Below the pieces are notes generated by a model, which saw nothing but the letters and a program-made list of their open reading frames with translations, was not told the origin of the DNA and did not search any database. Shown piece by piece: positions 46,501 through 61,500 of a stretch of 64,000 bases of DNA (its first letter is position 1; each line of letters starts with the position of its first letter). A program made the position numbers and the translations under genes. The stretch is from Thalia democratica (lineage: Eukaryota), in the NCBI GenBank assembly GCA_965202585.1, contig OZ241834.1:19778001-19842000 (forward strand), given 5' to 3'.

Positions 46501-49500
46501 CAACAAGATTACTCATAAACTACGACAGAAAACACGGAATACATTTTCTTTTTTTTTGCTCTTCGTCTGCAACTCAAGAATATCTAGTGTAAGTTTCTAA
46601 ACTACTATAAAATACACATAAGATCTTTTTTTTTTTGCTCTTTATCTGCAACTCATGAATATCTAGTGTAAGTTTCAAGTTATGGCCTCATGCCCCCCCC
46701 CCCCCCCCCTGTGGCTCCTTTACTGCTCATGCCCCCCCCCCCCCCCCCCTCTTCCCCCTTTGCTGCTCGTGGCCCCCTGAGTATCTGTCATGGCCCCCTA
46801 GGGTGCCACTTGGCCCAATTTGGGAAACCCTGCTCTAAACAAATGTTTGTAAATTAAAATCTGTTTTTTTTTGTTTCCCTCGCTGTTAAATCTTCAAAGT
46901 TATATGATTCTAGGTGGTGTGCTTTATTTTCAAGGTCTACTTATGTTTTTAAGTTTCTATGCACTTTTGTAATATATTTTTGTCCAACATTTGTAAGGGA
47001 AAAATACCTTCAATATATATGTCAAGCACATAAAAGTATTTTATACTTGGTAAAAACTTTTAAAGTAAAAGTTTGCAGACAAAGTCAGAAAAACTTGCAG
47101 ATAATCAACGTTTTAAAAAGTGATATAAAATATTGGTTGAAACTTTTCACGCTTTATAAATCAGACACTATTTAATTAAGCTAAGAAAAGTAGTACTTCT
47201 AAATAATTTTTGTAAATGAATTCAAATTTACTTTTTATCTTAAGTTCTAAGATTAAAACTGTATGAAGTTTTAAAACTTAACATTAAGTTTTGTCTTATT
47301 TAATAAAACTCTTTTTTATTCTTTACACAAAAACAAAAACGATCAAAATTACTATATAAGTTGAATTTTTTTTCAGAACTTCATAGGACATAAACGAATT
47401 TTGGGACTGATACAAAAAAAGATACTTTTTCTGGTTCCCGACAATCATTTTCAGAAATATGGTTCAAGTCAAAGTAACTTGATTGAAATGGAACGACTTT
47501 TGTACTCATACCAGTTGAAAGATGCGCTAAATCTTGCTGATCAATTGTGCTCTAATCTTGTCAATGTCTCGAATATTGATGAAGTTAAATGGAAAAGTAT
47601 GTTTCATTTAATCTATTTTATAAAAAAAATATACAATTTTTTAAAATATGTTTTTTTTTTCTAAACATAGCTATTTGAAAAATGTTAATTTGTACATTAT
47701 GAGTACTAAATTTTTTTAGGATATCTTTTATTAATGTATAAAATAAACAACTTTTAAGAACAAATAAAAATTATGTTGCAATTTCAAAACGCATTCGTGA
47801 CCATTTTTATTAAATTTTTTAAACCAATTGACCAGGTTTACTTCCAGTTGAGCTTTTGATATCAGTCATGTGCAGTTATTTTTGTGATGAAAAGATATCA
47901 TTCTGTGTTAGATTAAAGTATAATAAACGAAAGGTGACATTAGATAGAAGAAAAATCACAAACTATATCAAGTTAGTCACTTTTTGAAATAAAACAAATA
48001 CTATCTAAAAGTACTTTGCTATTTTAAGCGAGATCAAATAAGTTAATTTGTTTAATTTTTTTAAATTCCACCTAGTTAAATTTATTGTTCCTAAATCTAA
48101 GCTTAGTATCTGAAACATTATTATGTCTTGAACCAAGAGAGCAAACGGTTGAAAAAATTCGCAGAGACCTCAAGCTGGAAAGTTTTTGGAATGTCGAGCG
48201 AGCAGTGAACTACTTGCTGTACTGCGGCAGAATGGAACAGGCTCGCAAGCTGGCTGCTAAGCTGAACGACAGGAGAGCGTCGCTGGTAATCGCGTCCGTG
48301 TGTTACAACTTGAAGGTCAAACCTAAAAGCAATCCGTGCTCCGACATGCTTTTCGACGAGTTTCAAAGCAAGCTGAAGGGCGTTTTAGAAAATGTTTGTT
48401 TGTATTGAAAGTTTATATTAATGTATTTAATTACTTTCTACAAATACTTAAAAAAGGATTTTTTGTTAATGGTAAAATAGTTTTGTATGTACGTTTTCTT
48501 TATTATAGTTGCTAGTAGATAAGTTGTACTTTAAATTTTTCAAATATTTACAATTATTATTTTGCAATTAAAAAAAAACTATGATAACTTTACTAAATTC
48601 AAAATTGCAAAATTTTTTCATGACTGAGAGTTTCTGAATGAAAATAAATAGTATCCATTAATAAGATTATAAGAACTTGTTTAATATAAATAGTAAAATT
48701 GAAACAACATAATTTAACTAGTATTTTTATGTTTATAAGTTTGAAATAATAATTGCTAGCCATACAAGTTCATCAATGGTAGTGTTTATCAGTTAATAAT
48801 CTTGTTAACTTAATATAAATTTATAATATAAATTAACTAACCTTTGTACTAGGATGTTTTACAACATACATTTTTTACGCAGACAACGAAGGACGTGAGT
48901 TTAAGTGATATGTATCCGTACCTAGTAGATGTTTTTCAAATTTCTCTTATGACTGGAGTCGACATGGTGACTCATTCAATTAAAAAATTGTTTGAGAAAA
49001 TTAAAAGTCGAGTTGGAGAGTTACCACTTCTGGTTGATGCGGATATCTATTTACCCTCACCACCTTCCTACCTCCCTCAAAATAACTTAAATATCAATAG
49101 CAAAGGTATTATAGATTTTATATCGTTATTTTATGCTAAAAGTGTATAATTAAAAATTTAAGTCTGTAAAGTGTAAAAATAATTGATTTTTTAATTAGAT
49201 GTATCGTTATCAGTTCTGCTTACAGTTGTAAAGCTTATAAGTAATTATCTGTATTTATAGTTTATTTTTTTCTTGTTTTATAAATATTGATTTGTATACA
49301 TAATATCTAATGCTAACAAAAAACTATTTGACACTTAGAGTTTTTAATGTTTTTCTGAAACTGTATGTTAAAATATTTACTTTAAAATATTTATTTAAAA
49401 TCGATAGAAGGTTTGTTTGATACTAAAAGTTTATTTACACAATCGTTGTATTTCAAACTTTAATAAAGTTTTTTTTTCATACTAACATTGCATCTTTTTC

Positions 49501-52500
49501 TTTTATGAAACTGATCCTGCTTTTAAATGGTAACATGCAAAATAATGTTCACAGATTCGCTTAACCAGTCACAGCTGAGTTTGGCAGTGAGAACCATCGT
49601 ACTCGTCTATCACGCGATCGGGGTAACCCCCTTTCTCGTCGGCTGGTACGTTGAAAAACTGCAGCTCCAGGTGGACTTTGACGTCACGGACAATTCAACC
49701 AATCATATAGCGCGAACGCCCGATTTTCAGTACTTGCAAAACTCGTTTCGTAACATCGTCTCGCTGCTGTTCATGCTCCACGCCAGGGATCAACTCTCCT
49801 TCCACATAAGGGAGTACCAAAATTTCAAAATGTCTAAAGATTTTGATCCGTCAAAACAGGAATCGTTAAAATCTACTGTTGTCAAAGCGCTGAGGTGGGC
49901 CGCGCTGCTGTCAACGTTTGAAAGCGTTAAAAGTATAGAACTTGCAGACATCGCGCTCTGCTTGGCGGCCGACGTTCCGGTCTGCGAGGAAACGGTCGAC
50001 CTCGTGGCTGAAGTTGTGGCAAGTTGTGAAGAGCAAAATGTTTCGAAAGTGCAGGAGCGCGTCAAAGTGTGGGAAAGCAAGCTGAGGCAAACTCTCGATG
50101 ATACTGACCAGCCCTTCACAGTCCGGTTCGCGGAAAAGAGGGCAGAGTTCAAGCTGAGCTCCCGTTTTAACGCTTTCGCTCTGTCGGGAAGCGAAGGTGA
50201 ATTGAGTTCCGTTCTCACAACCGAGCATCGGCACGAGGTGTGCGCCGAGTACAAGGCTTTCGCGTCCCAGTTTCTAACGATAGTTCACAGCAAGCATCAA
50301 GACTGCAAGGCTTCGGTCGCGCAGAAGAAGAAAAGCAAAGTTTCCTCGGACGCACAAAGTTTGCTCGTGTTGGGCAACAGGAACTTTTACGGCAGAACGC
50401 AGATGTATGACCTCACTCACGAAGTGGCGTTTGAGAAGAAACATTCGAGTTTTTTGGAGAAATGCCCGGAAAAGCTTCAGAAAAAGGTAAAGAGGCTCGC
50501 GCCGTACGCCAAGTGGCTGGTAAACTGGTCGGCGAAAGCTCTCGCTTTTTCCAGCTGTGGTTCGAGCAGCCTGCCTGCCACGATCAGAGTCAAGGTCACC
50601 AGCGAAAAGCTTCTGATTGGTCTTTGCTTCGCAGAGCTGCGATCGTTTGACTGGTGCAAAGAAAGCAGGAATAGAAAGCTGGCTGATGCGGATAAGTTTG
50701 CAGAAAACAAAGAAGATGAGATCAACAAAACTGAAATTAGATCAAATAATGGAGAAGCTTTAGAGGAAAATAAAGAAAATGTATCTTGTGAAACTACTAC
50801 GGTCTTAAACAACAGTGAAGTTTTAGGGGAAAATAAAGAAAATATAATGCTAGAAACAATTAAAAATATAAGTAGCGAAGAAGTTTTAGACGAAAACAAA
50901 GAAAACGCCAAGTCATTATCAACAGAAAAGGACGAAATTACACAAGTTTCATCAATATTAACGGTAATTTTTATAATTTTAAAATCTTCTGTTTTATTTT
51001 AATTATACAGTAGTAAGCATGGAACTATAAAATTGTTCTAACAACTAGACATTTGAAAGTAAATTTATAATGTTTTATGAAAACTTTTATACTAATTTTT
51101 TACTAATATCAAATCTGTGTTCTTTTTTTCTTGGACTGTTAACGGTCTGCATTTTTCAAAGATAAAACACCAACGTGAATTTTTTTTTGAACATTCCTTC
51201 CGTTTGAGGTGTACTTAAAAAGCAAGTTTAAACGTTTAAGAAAAAGTAAGAGGAATAGTTAAACAAAATGTGCGGCTCTTCGTCAGCTAGTATATAACTA
51301 ACCACTTATATTATAAGGACTTCTGATATTTTTTTATCTTAACTTCTAACATTTTAAAAATATTTGTAAAACAATTGGTAAATTTATTTTGTACTATGGA
51401 TAAACGGCTAACACTGTCCGATAAGCGCAACAATTAAGTACACCTCAAACGGAAGGAATGTTCAAAAAAAAAATTCACGTTGTCTTCGAAAAATGCAGAC
51501 CGTTAACAGTTTCAAATTTAAGTGTTAAAAGTCAACTTTATAAACGTAAGGTCTGCTTTTAAAACAACTATAGTTTAACAAACGTTCAGGAGCGCGATGA
51601 GAACACGCTGCAGCAGCCTTCCACGAATGTTTCAAACAACAACAACACTGATGTGACGACCATGAGCCCGTTCAGCAGCAAAGGTATTTGATTAAAAATA
51701 ATTTGTTATGACCAGCTTGGTATGTGATTAAATTTCGTTAGAAATAAGTTTAATTTTTTGAAGTTTAACTTTAAATGAACTAATGCATGTTTTTTTAAGA
51801 TCAATTTTGTCATCTTAAATTAAAAGTTTGTAGGATAGTTTTCAACTTAAAAATAACCTATTTTTAAATTTTTCCAGTGAAAAATTCCGAAGAAGAAGTG
51901 ACGACATATGACAAAAAAGACACTATTCAAAGCAGCTTGATAGACACAATTCCACGCGAAACTTCTTCAATAAAGGATGAGGAAGAGATTTCATCGAGAA
52001 AATCTACTAGTTAGAAATACATAGAAATATTAGTTCTATACATTTCTAGAAATACTTAATTTTAAACTTTTACCACTTTAATTGTTTTGTCTGGTTATTA
52101 AGTTTGGTACGAATTATAACGAACGAAAAACGAAGGTTTTTATCTAAAATGTATATATAACTATTTATACTAACACTCAAAAGGTGCTAAAGAATGACAA
52201 TGATATAGTAAATTTAAATGTGCCCTGAGGTTTATATATAGATTTAAAAATAATTATGAGAAATTAAAACGTTTTATATAAAATGTAAATTTAATCTTCA
52301 AAAAATATTCTATTTTAATAAGCTTATGTTTGTTAATACTTGAATTAGTTTACGAGAAAAAACTCTTTTAAGTTTTATAATGTTTACTTAACAATTTTCA
52401 GCAAGCATTTTTTCTTAGAAAAACAGCTAGTTAAGAAATTATTCAAAAGAGCAATTATAAGTATTTAAGCATTTTAAAAGAATCTTTGCCACAATATATT

Positions 52501-55500
52501 TATGTATCTTCTGAACCAATGATGTAGAAAAAATATTTTTGTGTACTATTTTGTTTTTACTTACACCCAGGCTCTATCACAAAATCCTTTTAAGATAAAA
52601 AAAAAATATGCTCGTAACTCTTACCGTCAAATCTTTTTTTTCAAAACTAGAACACATATGCATATTTTTTTTTAATTCCAGCTAGCCAGGACGACTTGCG
52701 AGCCGAAGCTCGTTCTGCAAAAGAAGAAAACGTCATTCCCGTTCAAAGCGGATACGCGGGAAATTCTGGCAACTACTCAAACCACATACCACCAAGCCAG
52801 CTGCCGAGGGAAGACATTTCGCAAACCGTCAGGAACGAAATAAACAACGTCCTTCTCGCCCAGCAGGTGTCGCTGCTCAGTCAGATTTTGCTCAACCAGA
52901 CTCTGGTGCCCGGCACGAACGCCAACAACGGTCCGGTGAACGACATGCTGCAGAGACTTCAGGTTCCCTTGAAGCTGCCCCACAATAATGAAAACGTGAA
53001 CAAAGTTTCTTCTGAGCCGAGCGAAGGGGAGGTTTTTCCTCAGATTGTCCAGCAGAACCAGTCAGCTCCGACCAGTCGCCCGACTGTGAGAAGTAACGGG
53101 ACAAATAAGATGCCCCTTCTCAAGCTCGCTAATAAAGATGCCAAAACTGAGTTAAAGATGTTCCACGGGGTCCAGCTCATAACGCTGCCGAAATCAAACA
53201 CTCAGAAAAATGTCGCTCTGGTGAAAACTGATAAAACTAAACTTGCGTGGACAAAGAATAACGATCCAAAAAGCAATAAGCCAAAATTAAATTTGCTTAT
53301 TGGCACAAAACCAATTAAAGCAAATAAAAAAGAACTTGTTCAGGAAACTTGTCCTAAACTTTTACAGGCTAGTGTACCAATAAAACCAAAGCAAGTTGTT
53401 AATAACCCCAGCTTGTCGACTCCTGTTTACAGAGAAAATAATTTCAATGAGTTGTCTAACCATAATGATATGATAAGCAATAATTATCAAGTTCAAACTC
53501 AACACATAAATAAACCAACCACTAGTTCACAACCCAGCAAACCACCACCAAGACTACGTATGCTTACAAACATAACTCACTCGTACCAAAATAGAGCTCC
53601 TACGGCTCAAGTCAACCACTTCAACAGAGTTCCTAAGCTGATTGACCCAAGAGAAGTTTTAGGTTACCACAATAAGAAGTATGGACAGTTTTTAAATTTG
53701 CAGGTTTGTGCGAATGTAATAATTTTTGTGAATCAATTTTATTTTGATAATTACTAAAGCTATTTGTGTTTTTTTATAGTTAAATTAAATAAATATTTTT
53801 TATTTAAAACCAAAGTACTCTAATAAACAGTTCGTTTGAACAAAACTCATTTTTCATATGACTTAAATTTTTGTTAAACAAACTTATATGTACTCTTTAA
53901 AAATAAGTTTAGTTTTACTGATTATTTAACCTGATATATATTTTATTTGAGCATTTTAAAAGAAAAGTTAATTTTATGAAATAAACAGTTTTTTTTCATG
54001 TTACCACCAATAGTTGTACAAGTTTTAAAATCTTATCGCAGTTTCTTAATTTGTTGTTGGTAAAAAGTCAACAAAATCTGTTGGTATATCACCTCATAAG
54101 ATAACTTTAACAGAAGCGTTAGTTTAATATTCACTGCTTCTAACTAGTAACTCTTTCAATCCATTTGTTTAACTTAACAAAACTTAAACTGATAGCTTAC
54201 AAATATTGTAGAAACCAAACAATGGGTTTACTCGTATTGTAAATGAAGTACCAAAAGAAATAGCTCAGCAAACACATAAAAAACCTTCGATGAAATTGCT
54301 CAGTGTCAAGAAGCCTGGTTTTGTAGAAAACAACAAAAAACTCAAAAATGAGACATCATGTCCTGAAGTACATAAAGTTTCAAAGACTGAAGAAAAAGGT
54401 GAGCTTTGTGTTATTTTTATACAAACTTAGTATGTCTGTTTTTTTTTATAGTACCTAGTTATGTATCTATCTGATGTATGAAAATTTTTAATTATTGTCA
54501 ATATAGCATTTAAACTTTTGTAAAATTCTTAAACACGTGCTCATAGTTGCCATAATTTATAGCTTGTTTTTTGCCTTTATTTGTGTCAGTAAATAACTTC
54601 CACTAGGACAAACAAAAAGTTATAAATAATCGGAACTACTTACGCGCTATGATTATTTATCTTTATTTTTTGGTTATTTTTCAACAGTGTATACTTTTAA
54701 GAAACTGTCACCGAGAAGAGCTTTGTAGAGAAGCAAGATAATGAGAAAGCGGAGAAGGAGGAATGTTTCGAAGGATATTTCACCCCTGACGAGATAAGAG
54801 AGCAGGTCGAAAAAGTCATTCTGGAAAACAAACTGAACAGCAGAGACGCGGATTTTGTAACCAGCGCTCAAATCCACGCACAAGCCTGCTTTCAAAAGCG
54901 ACAGGTCTGTTTTTATTTATTTGTTTTTTTTATTTAGTTACTTATATTATTACTACGCTAAAATAGATAGTTTTTAATAAAGGTAATTAAAACACCACTT
55001 TTTTATGACTTTTCTTTAAGTTTAAAACTTTAAAGCTAAGAATAGAAAATAGTTAGTTTTAATCTTAAGTTTAGCCAGATTATTAACAAAATATTTTTTT
55101 CAAAGTAGACATACAATAAAAATACATATTGCTTCAAAGATGTAATTAGCTGTTAGAATAACAAACAAGTAAAAAAGTTTGTTATAGAAAAATGTAACAT
55201 AAATATAGCAGAGTGCAAACTTTTTTTGTAATACTTGTATTTTTCGTTTAATTTTAAAATTTTGCCTACTTAACTTGTAACATATTCCTAGTTTTGCCAG
55301 TTTAAGTGTTTTGTAAGTCTTTTAGTGTGAAGGTAAGTATAGAGGAAATTTTTTATCATAAAAATTAATTTTTGGAAGTTTCTTTTATCTGTTTTAGACT
55401 GTTAAGTAGTACATATAAAAATATTATTTCAAAACAAGTTTACTGTGTACTAATTATTATGCGTATTTTTAAAACTGAAGTATAAATTGTTAAATATATT

Positions 55501-58500
55501 ATGAATTTAATGTTCAAAAAAATAAATAAATAAACGGATGTAGGTTTCCCTATGAGAATAAAATTGTTTAATTTGTTATATCAGCATTGCTGCACTTTGT
55601 TTTAGATATTGTACATTCAGATTAAGGACATTGGGAGTGTTGAATCACTTTTTTGTCTAGTTCTTTACATAGATATTTAAGCTATCAGTAACTTTTTACC
55701 ATTTGTTAAAGTTGTAAAAAATTTAAGATAAAAGCGATCAAATTTTGAGAGTTTCATACATCATTACTTATTTAAGGCGCAAATTTAAAAATCCGAAAAA
55801 AGAAAGACTATTTCATATAAAAAATATCTCCTCGTACAACTTTTGAGCATTCTTTTTTATTTTTTAAGTATAATCTTTTAAAAATTTAGAATACTCTGTA
55901 AAAAAAATTCCAACTGTCCTCTTTCTTCAAAGATGCAAAAAGGAAAAAGACTTTTTTGGTCAAAGAATTTTTATTTTTTAACAATTTTATCAATGCGTGT
56001 TTTGGAAGATTTTTCTAAATATTATTACAAGGGATGCTTGCTGTACAATTAAGTTCTTTAACTCAGTAAACAAAAAAGAAAATATATTTTTAAAATATTT
56101 TTAAGTTTATTAGTTACTTTAGTGATTGTCTTACCGCTGAGCAGTTTTTCAGACTACAAAGCTTATTCAAGAAAATTTAAGTTTCTTAGAAAATTGACAA
56201 TAAAAAATTGCAGTTCATAAGTTTTTATCGCAAGCTTTTTACAAAATGACTGTTTCTCAAAATTATATTTAAGTTATTTTTTACTTTTCATAAAAACTGA
56301 CTTATACTTTTAGTTTTCGTTTAAAAGACAATTTTAATTTAAAAAAAGCATTGTACCTCATATACCCTAATTCCCAATATTTCAAACCGAAATTCACATT
56401 TTAAGTTTTAAATTTCAGACGGTGAAAAAAGTGCGCATGAAAAACGCTAAACTTCAAACGGAGGACAGTAAAAACAACAAGGAAGAAATGAAGTTGGTGG
56501 ACTACAATGATGAGTTGCAGACGAATCCACTTCAGCCCCCTCCAGACGTATTCATGAAGCTCAGGTTATCATTGAAGGATAAAAACTCTTACATAACTTA
56601 GATTAAATAATGTTTCAATTATAACGTGGAAAAAAAATACTCTTAGGTTTTTTCGCTTAACTTCTATGGTTATATAGAGGTTATTAAGTAAGAACTATAC
56701 AAAATGAGGTATACCGAGGATAGCTTTTAGATTTATTGTATCGAAAAAGTTTTTAGGTTTGGTGTGTTTTTTTTTATGCAATCAGTGCTAATAATTGTGT
56801 CTATGTTTTTAAATAAAATACTTAAGTTGTTAGTAAATTTAGTCTATGTTTTTTTTTCAAGTTTTCAATTAACTATTTCTTTTCAAAAAAAAACCTTGTT
56901 ATCCAGACACGATTACGACCGGTTGTTCGAGGAACAAAATGACGATTGCAAAGAGTTCATTCACGTGGCTGACGTAAAAGTTTCTGACGTGAAAAGCGGG
57001 ATTGACGTAAACGTTGGTTTATTTGCACCAGAAACACTTGTAGTTGCTTTTCAAAATATCTATCTTTTCAAAATTTGCAGGATAAAGCTCACCCGAAAAC
57101 TGCAGAAAGTCGCATTGAAAACGAGTTTCCAGGATTTAAAGAACAGGAAAGTATATTGAAAAAGCATGTTGAAGCCTCAACAAAGGTTCGGAATTTTCGT
57201 TTAGTACGATTTTAAATATGTCAAATACCTCTGAAGTTTAAGCTAACTTTTTTATTTTATTTTTACAACATTTTTAACATTTCAAGTGAATGAATATGTG
57301 TTTACTTAAAAGTAATTTGTATGTTAAAACCTCTTTTCTCGACTTAATACTTTTAACAATGGTCGTTGAGAAAAAAAAGTTTAAATAAGTTGTTTTATTT
57401 TACATTAAAATATTCACAGAATACAAATTAATTTTAAAATTACCTTAAATCTTTCCAGCACAGTATACTTTTCTTTATTGGATTTCTTTTTTTCTTGATC
57501 GTAGTTAATTATTTAGGAAGTTGTATTTCAAAAATTTTTAAAAGAAATCTGCAATATTTCTGCTTAAAAAATCTACGACTAGTTTCAAAAAATCATTCTC
57601 AAGTAGATATAAGAATTATGAACAGAGCATTTTTAGTTTAGTATAAAAAAGTGAAAACATGCAATACAGTGACGTAACGTTCATCTTTAATTTTAAGTAA
57701 AAATTAATAACATTTTATATCACTTGAATTATTTTTCTTGAGATAAAGTAACTTTTTTACGTACTAATTGAAATTTTAAAAGTAAGGTTTAAATAAAAAA
57801 GGAGTACTCAAATTATTTTGGAAAGATTAAGGTACAAATTTTAATAAACAAAAATAAGTTTAAGTATAATAAAGAAATTAAAAAGTTTTTTAGTTTGAAT
57901 GTTTATCTGTAAAAAGATAGTATTGTTTTGTTTATATTAATTTTAGCTTGTAATTTATTTGTCCATTTGCTTTCTAAAAAATCTAGTTCTGTTTTATCTT
58001 TGAGCTGTCCAAAAAAGTTATTGTAAAAGCATTTTCAAATTTTTTAAATATAGTTGGATGATTTTTGTTATAATGAAGTTTAAGTGCAGCTCGATCGTTT
58101 ATCTCATTCTTATCCATGTTTTTCCAATTATATCTATTCGAGCACCACCTTTGCGAAAAGGATGTTATCGTCTGTCCAACATAATACTCATTACATTCCT
58201 TGCATTCTTCCGTATAGATCCCAAAATTTTTACAATTTAATTTCTTTTTTAATTTAATTAATTTTCCGGTTTTTAATGTCAAACTATCAGTGATTTTAAC
58301 CATTCCTTTATTACCATTTCGATCGCACAGCATACATTTCCCACATGGGTAAGAAATACTTTTATCAGCATTTGGTTGATGAGCAATTATTTTATAATTG
58401 ATAAGTAACGTTGCTAGTGTGTTTGGTCGTTTATATGTTATCATTGTGTTTGGGTTAAGTTGTTTTTCTTAAAAAAAAAAAACAAAAAAAAAACATTAAA

Positions 58501-61500
58501 ATATGAGTATCAAAATAATTTTATAAATTAAGGTATTTTCACCTACGACATTTTTCAAGGCTTGAAATTTTTAAATTCATTGTTAAATTAATATCTCAGT
58601 ATAGCAGTGTTACAAGATTGAGATATTTATTTGTATTGTTTTTTATACTTTTATCTTATTTTCACCAGTGTTTTACTGTTTTAAAAACGTATAAAAAATA
58701 TATGTAATATGGACTGAAAGTTCACATCTATACTTTATTTTATATACAAATGTTTTCTTTTTATAAATGTTTTTTGCACTTATTAGGAATTTTTATTGTA
58801 ATTTTAGTGTGGAAATTTACTGAACTCTAATACTTTACTTTTGTTTTACATTAGAAGACTCTGAAGTAGAATAAGAATTTCCTTATTTATTATATGTCAA
58901 GTGGTTCTCTCCTTATAGGTTTATTAGCTAATATATCTAGGTTTTAACATTTTAAGAAAATATGCAGAGAAAGTATAAGATAGTTTAAGGTTAAAAATTA
59001 TTTAAAAAAATTAAGTAAACAACTGCAAAAAAATATATATGTTTTTTAAATGAATTAACCGATATAACTTATTTAAAAAACTATTAAGAATTATATTATT
59101 CAAGATGGGTTTGAAAATGTAAAAAGAGGATACTAATTTAACAAAGTAGTGTTTTCAAATAATTGTAATATTCTTTCATTTCAATTAGCTTTCATCTTCT
59201 ATAAGAAACCTATTAACCTATTGATCTCTAGTTTCTTTTATCTATTTATTTTACTTAGCTTAAATAGAAGTATACAAAGTTAAATAAAAAAGGTAAAAAG
59301 TGTTAATCAATAAATCATTTGTTAATTAAAAAAAATTAACTTTTAAATTTTAAAAATAAACCTTAAACTTTTTAGGCTGTAAAAAGGTTAATTGTAAATA
59401 TTTCAGATTATATAATGATAGGTTACAAAATACTTTTTTATTTGCAATGTTGTTTTTTAAAGTTTTTATTATGTTATATTGTTTCATTATAAGTATTTTA
59501 CTGTAAAAAAAATTGTTGAAAGTTTCTCTTCATTTTTAAATTAAAAATATAAAGAACTTTAAGTTTTATGTAATAATTGTAATTAATGTTGCTTAGTAAT
59601 TTTGTTTTGTTTAATAACTATATGTTTTTTGCGCTATAAATTTTAAAAATAAAGTTATAGAAAAGTAAGTTTGCTATAACTAGTTAATTTTATCGTCTAA
59701 AAGTTTAAAAAAACTTTTTGCATATTAGAAGAAAAGTTTTCAAAAAATACAAGCTTTTAAAAAGCTTACAACAACTACCGGTTATTAATTATATAAATAA
59801 AAAATCATTTTACAAGTTCTAAACTTTTTCTTATAGAATTAATTAGACTCATAAGGTGTCAGATCTTCCTCTGCTATCACTTTGCGTTGGTGACGTTTTA
59901 GTTAGTGATTCTTTAGCTCCTTACTATTGGTCTTTTTTGATATAGTATGAGAATTATAGTTTAAGGGTAGAAATTAGAGGCTTATTGTCAACAAGTTTAA
60001 GAATATTGTTATTAAATCTAGTTAAGTATTGTAGGTTAAGGGGACTGCAGTATTTCATATAATGACTTGCATTTAAGTTAGAATGACTAAAGGTTCTAGA
60101 TTAGAGGTAACGAACTAGAGTTAAGGGTATGAGGTGTTAAGGTTGTATAGTTGGACGTGCAAAACTTTCACTCACACAAAAAGTTTAGTTGTGCAAATGT
60201 GATGTCTACATGTTATATTTGTGTTTAAAGTATGATATTATCTAGATTCTAGATGAACACAAAATAGTCTTTTTTTAGGTTTTGGAAATACGAAATGGTA
60301 CAAGAGAAGCTTGGACAAAGCAAATGAGACAAATGAGTTTACAATTAGAAGCTATGCAAAGTCAAGCAAGTGATATGCACCAGCAATTCAAAGTTTGTAC
60401 TTAAATAAAAAATAGTCTTATATCTATGTTTTCTTGCCAACACTTTATAGCGTAATATCACAAAAGATAAATTTTAACTTTTATATTAATTTATTAAAGA
60501 AAAAAAAAAATTTATTAGTTTTGTAATCAACAAAATTTTGTTCAAAATGACTAAAATAACTAAGTCTTTTGAGCTTAAGTGTAAATGTTTTTACCGTAAG
60601 CATAACTAAAGTATGTTTTGATTGAACATTCTAAAAATTTAAAAATAATTTGTTTTCTTCAGTTCATCTTTTAATATTAAATTAATTTTAATCATAATTT
60701 TTGAAGCTTGTATTTTAAAAACGTGAAATATTCTAATCTTATCTTTTTACAAAGCTTTTGAACTCAAGGTTGCAGATTAAGATACATTTTACTCTTTTTA
60801 AAAGTTTAACATTTATAGTTATGTTACTCATTACTACTTTTAAAAATATACTGGTTTTGTTTTAATTTTCACAAACCGCCACTGACAGTTTCTCATATTT
60901 TTTATAACACAGGAAAGCGCAAGTTTGGCCATAGCAGCAGAAATTATAACCCACAACAAGGACCAAAAGTCGCAGCAAACAGACCGCGTTGCTTTGGAAA
61001 ACCAAAGTTTGTCGCCCATAAAAGAGCTGGCATTCGTAGACGCTCAGTTGCCGCCTAAGGTTCCTGAACCAACTCCAAATATGATATTTCCGAAATACGA
61101 GCCCCTCGTTCCGCATGATTTCACAAACGAAGAGGTTGGTGACCTCACGATGACGTATGGAAACAAACTGAAGGAAGCGTACGAGCTGCTCGGACCCTTG
61201 AAAACTTCCGAAGGTGGGTTTTGTTTCAGAAAATTTTATACCAGTTTTTTGTTGTGTATTAATTTCACTCATATAGTAAGTATTTTATATTGTACGATTG
61301 ATTTTGACATCTTTGGGTCAAATAGTTTTAGTGGTAATTTAAAACTAATGTTTTATAAACTTGCTAAATATATGCGCCTTGAGTTTATGTTTTTGTTGTG
61401 TGCATCGACTACTTGATTTTGATCTTGCAATAATAAACTTACACAACTTTAAATACCCTCATTAGAACCATTACGCCACCAAGCCTCTAAAGTACCATTC

